64,000 bases of DNA from Hormiphora californensis (lineage: Eukaryota > Animalia > Ctenophora): the NCBI GenBank assembly GCA_020137815.1, contig CM035358.1, positions 3,224,001 through 3,288,000 of the forward strand. Reading direction: 5' to 3'. A model generated the notes under the pieces. The model had not been told where the DNA came from. It made no database searches and saw only the letters and a program-made list of their open reading frames with translations. This document shows positions 59,346-64,000 of the stretch, piece by piece (positions within the stretch are counted from its first letter, which is position 1; every line of letters starts with the position of its first letter). The translations under genes and the position numbers were made by a program.

Positions 59346-61535
59346 TCACTGAGAGTTACAAATAAGAGAAAACACTGCACTGGGCGTATAAAGAACAGTA
59401 CACAGATCATTAGATATACCCCAACTCTCACTGAGATCTATATCTGTCTGGTACTGTCCTCTAGTCTGGGGAACGAACTGAAAAAAGGGGGCTACGAAGA
59501 CTACAAAAAACACTAAAATTGCTGAGATTCTAATGGACAAGATCTCGATGCTAGAAAGTTCTGTCCTGTCTCTTTGTGAGGGTGTAAGAGGATTTGCTAT
59601 TTTCTCTCTCATTCCCCCGCTGCAATTCATTATGTCGTGATGGCCGTGCGTGCATTCCAACCCCAGAAACTTTCCTGCACCCATAGCTAGCGCCTGGTGA
59701 GAGAAAATAGAGAGTTAGGAATAGGAGAAATTAGAGAGTTAGGAATAGGATAGGGAAGTCAAGAAACTAATGCAAATGACGTTCATTCATTTAGATATGA
59801 GCAAAACTATAACTTACATTGATGATAAGATTTCTGCTCAGTTCAAGCTTGTCATTCACGTAAATGGTTTTCCTCTTAGAACTGTAGAACATGAGAGTGT
59901 CTGGTCGAGTGTAGAACTTGTTCGTTTCAAATGATATTGAGACGTTGTAGTCGTCACCCTGATGGTAGAAAGAGGCCCGGTTAGTACTTAGAGAGTAGAC
60001 TATTTTTTAGGGTGGGTTGTGAGTTAGATGAAATAACATTAGATACTCTGACACATAACCCCTTCTTCACCCTGGTACAACCCCCCCCCCCCTTGCCATG
60101 TTCGACCCACTGTGAAGGATTGTTACAACATAACCCCCCCCCCCCCTCAACATGTGTATGTTGACCTCACCTTGGTTGCATTGAAAGAGACGGTTCTGCA
60201 GCCTTGTTCCTCAATATAATCTGACATCTCGGGTGTGTTCCACTGGTTCAATCCAATGTTAACATAATGCTCCATGTGTTGGGTAGTCTGGTCTGCTGTA
60301 CTTGATACAATCTTGTAGTTGAACACTTCATGGTCAGCTGAACTGATATCAGACATTCCTGAGAGAGGGGGGGGGGTGTTAGGTTCCTGGGAGGGGGGGG
60401 AGGTTGTCAGGCTGTGTGGGGTACAAGTTGGGATGTGGGAGGGCACTTTCGGTTTCTCGCTTTGCTGTTTAGGATCTGCCCCCGCATAGATTAAACTAGT
60501 GTTAAACAGAGCATGTGGGAGGGGGATGAGATCAGATGGAGGAGGGTTGTTCAGAACACTAGCTGGGAGGGGCGATATGATCACAGCCATGGATCTTAAA
60601 GTTAACAAACTATTTTAGACACGTGAAAAGGGAAGTGTGAATTGTCTAAAACGGGGGTCCCCCGAAATAGCGGCAAAAGTAACTAGGTGAGAAGAATTTG
60701 AAGTAACAAGCATGAATCATCGTGTCTAGAGAGAGCTGGGGATATTCCTGTTTTACCAACTTATATCTGACAGCTAGGACCTTCTTTTATAACTGGCAAA
60801 ATGCACCAAAAGTTTGGCCTACATGGATTTGTTCGTTCTATTTCTAAAGAGAAAAGGCCAACTTGAGCTTTGAGAAGCCACCACCCACTTTTAGGAAACA
60901 GTTTGCAAAGTAAAAAGACAGGCACAAGCAGTGTGTGTCAGTGTGTAAGCATTATACACGGCTGGTCGTCAGAGTAATCCAATTTTACAAGTGCGTCTCT
61001 CTGTAGAGTGCAAACAAGCATGGATAAATGGAGTTACATATTGAACTGTCATGTATACATATGTCATTCTGTAGAGTTTCAAGAAGGGAGTTGGCAGCGC
61101 TACGTACAGGGGATAGCGCGACGTGCCCAAAGAAGGGAGGTAGAAGGAAAAACAAATTTACCCAAACCCAACTTAAAAACGTACGGTTTAGTTTTTCGAT
61201 GAGAATGTTCAGTTTCCTCTGTTGCTCCTCGTTCAGATTTAGCTTTCTCAGACTCCGTAGAGTTCCTTGAAGGTCTTCGCCATTTCGGTGGTTTGAGGAC
61301 TGGAGGAATACTGATGGTTAGTTTTATGAAGGAGCAATATTGGCATTTTAACCTAGGTCAAATATCTATGAAACTCTAGAAGCAGTTCACAACAAATTAT
61401 TGAATATTAGACCAGTGGAAAGATGATATATGTTTCAAAACCCACTCTATACTGCCCATATTTTACCTGGTGTGAGGGCACAATGAGGATTGTAGATATC
61501 AGTAGCAATGAGTAGATAGCAGATGTTTGGACCAT
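59346..61535 (-). CDS. Secreted or membrane-anchored matrixin (MMP)-fold protein lacking the zinc-binding residues
   Basis: Signal MVQTSAIYSLLLISTILIVP; exons FNYKIVSSTADQTTQHMEHYVNIGLNQWN, VSFNATKGDDYNVSISF, NLIINALAMGAGKFLGLECTHGHHDIM; hydrophobic ISAILVFFVVFVAPFF. The exon 1-2 phase is unresolved. Confidence 0.55.
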
Positions 61536-62780
61536 AGCAATGGTGATAGTAATACTCCAATAGGGCGTGTGCTACAGGGAGAGAGAGGAGGGTTAGGGGG
61601 TGCTAAAGGGAGAGAGGAGCGAGAGGAGGGTTAGGGGGGAAACAATGGGTGAAATTAGGGTGAAATTAGGGTTAGGGGTGCTGGGGAAATAATGTTACAA
61701 TATGACAAGGGGTAAAACTCATTTCACTCAAGACAGAACAATAACATTGAGTGGCATGGATTCAAGAAACAATTCATCAATGTGGGTTATGCTGCGATGA
61801 TAATAAACATGAATCCAGGATTATATAAAAAAGCGATTGAATTGTTCTGAGAAATAGGAAGCTTCGTATCAAATATCCCTTCTTGAGAAATATCTGTTAA
61901 CTTTTTTCAATGCACAGAAATGTTCAGTATGTACTAATACGTAGAATTGTAGCTTATGGCCTTTCTTGACAAGAAATCTTGACAGGAATTCAAATTGGCG
62001 AGAAGAGTAAACAGATTTTGTAACACATTATTTATTTCTACTTAAAGGAATATGGCAGGATCGATATTCGATACGTACTAGCTATGCCAAACAGTGGTCT
62101 ACTCATAATAAAGAGAACTCTAACTTGTTAGTTTAAATAGCTACAGCTCTCACTTATTATAGGGTCCTGCTTGACAAGTGGGGAAATTAAAAAGGGAAAC
62201 ATCTCAGCAGCTCGGATCGCTGCAGTAGGGCGACTCTGAAAAGCGGCAGTGGCCAAGTGATCTATTTATACGACTGACCATGACCTCTCACTTCCCGCCC
62301 CTCTTCCCACCTTGGCACCCTCCCCCACTACTGCAGCTGCGACCGTCAGTAATTGTCCCACGATGCAGAGGGATGGGTACTGATGGAGTCCCCTAGACGT
62401 CTAACGCAGCCTCTTATCAGGATAAAGAGAGAGAGAAAGAGAGAGAGATAGTGAGAGAGATAGAGAGAGAGAGAAAAGATAGGGAGTGGGACATTTAGGT
62501 GCCCCGATTGTCTATGATCATAATTAACACTGTATCGCATATATGAAGGGGGCATATAACTTCTTCACTGGTAGGGCGTGACATAAACCGCAATATAACA
62601 TGGACCTGCAGACACTGTGCCCGATTCAAATTGAGAGAAAATGACAGCCCTCCCTTAGAGGGGAGGGGGGAAGATGGTCTCGGGAGGTCTGAACGATCCA
62701 CAACTTGTAAAGTTGCCATGTTTCAAATATTCGCCCACACCCGAATATGACGTCATCAAATGGAAACAATGTCTCAGCTA

Positions 62781-62911
<131 letters not shown>

Positions 62912-63069
62912 CTCTCTTTAGTACCGGCCCGTGCCATACTGATCTTGACAATGATCCAGGCACTAAGGATGGTGAGAGTGAATTATGAAGGAGCAGTGCT
63001 GAGTCTGACCGTAAGTGGAGGAGCACGCAAGGAGTGGACATGACAGTAATTCAATGCGCCTCCTCTATA

Positions 63070-63900
63070 AATGCTACGGGTTGTGGGGGTTTTTGGAGGT
63101 TACCCCCCCCCTTTATTTTTTATTACGATGCCAAATTTTTTTCCCCCCCCTTTTCCCCCCTTTTGGGCCCCCCCCCTAATTCGGGTAAAAGAAAAAAGAT
63201 GGAGGGATGGGAAAGGGAGGATTAGGAAAAAGGCCCCCCTTTTTGGGAAAAAAAAAAGAAAAAAGAAGGGGGAAAAAAAAAAAAAGGGAAAGGGGGGGGG
63301 GGGGCTTTTAATGCCCGGGATTTTGCCCATAAAATGACGAATGGGGGGGTTAAAAATGGGGGGCTAAATAAAACCCCCCCCCTTCCCCTTAAAAAATTTC
63401 CCCCCCTTTTTTCCCTTTAAATTTCCCCTCCCGCCCCACAATTGAAAGGGAAATTTTCGCCCCCAAGAGGGGAGTTTCGGGGCCCGGCCCCAAAAAGGGA
63501 CTTTTTTTCCCCCCCCCCCCCCCTTTTTTTTTTCAAAAAAAATTTTTCCCCCTTTCTTTTTTCCTCTCCCCCCTTTTTTTTCCTTCTCGTTCTTCTTTTT
63601 TCCCCTCCCCTCTCCTTTGGTCTTTCCTAGTTTTCTTTTTTTTTTCCCCCTTCCCCTTTTTTGTCCGGGGGCCCCCTCTTTTTGGGGGCCTAAGGGGGGA
63701 ATTTTTGGGAATCAGCCCCTAAGTGGGGAGGAAAGGAGGAAATGACCCGAATTAATTAGGGCCCCCCCCAAAATTAAATTTTTTTTTTAAAGGGGGTTTT
63801 TAATTTTCCCCCCCGGGGGAAAAAGGTTTTAAAGGTTCCAGACCTGAGGTTGATTTTTTGGGGGAAAAAAAAGGCGAGGGGGGGGGCCCCTCCCCCCCGT
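63070..63900. other. Low-quality, homopolymer-rich sequence (also about 35230-35345)
   Basis: Dense runs of G, C, A and T typical of read-end artefacts. Confidence 0.75.
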
Positions 63901-64000
63901 GCGGGAAATTACAAAAAATTTTACTGTGAATGATTCGGCCTTTAACAGAAGCTGCTAGACAATGGAGAAGAGGACAAAATGACGTCGAAAGATACCCATT

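Overview
Eukaryotic (animal) genomic DNA. It is most likely from a ctenophore such as Pleurobrachia, inferred from a ctenophore-type spliced-leader (SL) sequence at 5414-5454, compact introns and abundant (GA)n tracts. From left to right the window holds: the 5' part of GAPVD1 (- strand); a short divergent promoter; an intact single-ORF CRE-like non-LTR retrotransposon (PHD finger, RT, zinc knuckle, restriction-like endonuclease) whose 5' end is an SL exon; and a tightly packed, same-strand, intron-poor, operon-like run of six genes (DLST, NOA1-like GTPase, LRRC14/PRAME-like, IGHMBP2, a small Pga1-like membrane protein, ALG8 with two convergent tRNA-Ala genes in its intron). After that come GIPC (-), a block of TTAA-flanked and foldback MITEs, an Ig+VWD+C8 gene (-), hAT-type MITEs, a receptor guanylyl cyclase with an atypical ectodomain (+), a MULE-like palindrome, a minimal hammerhead-like motif, SAR1 (+), a catalytically dead MMP-like gene (-), and low-quality sequence. 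The most striking candidate system is a promoterless, SL-tagged, PHD-carrying retrotransposon sitting as the first 'cistron' of a trans-spliced operon. Exon boundaries and homologies were read by eye from remembered motifs; no database search was run. Several single-base frameshifts look like homopolymer sequencing errors.
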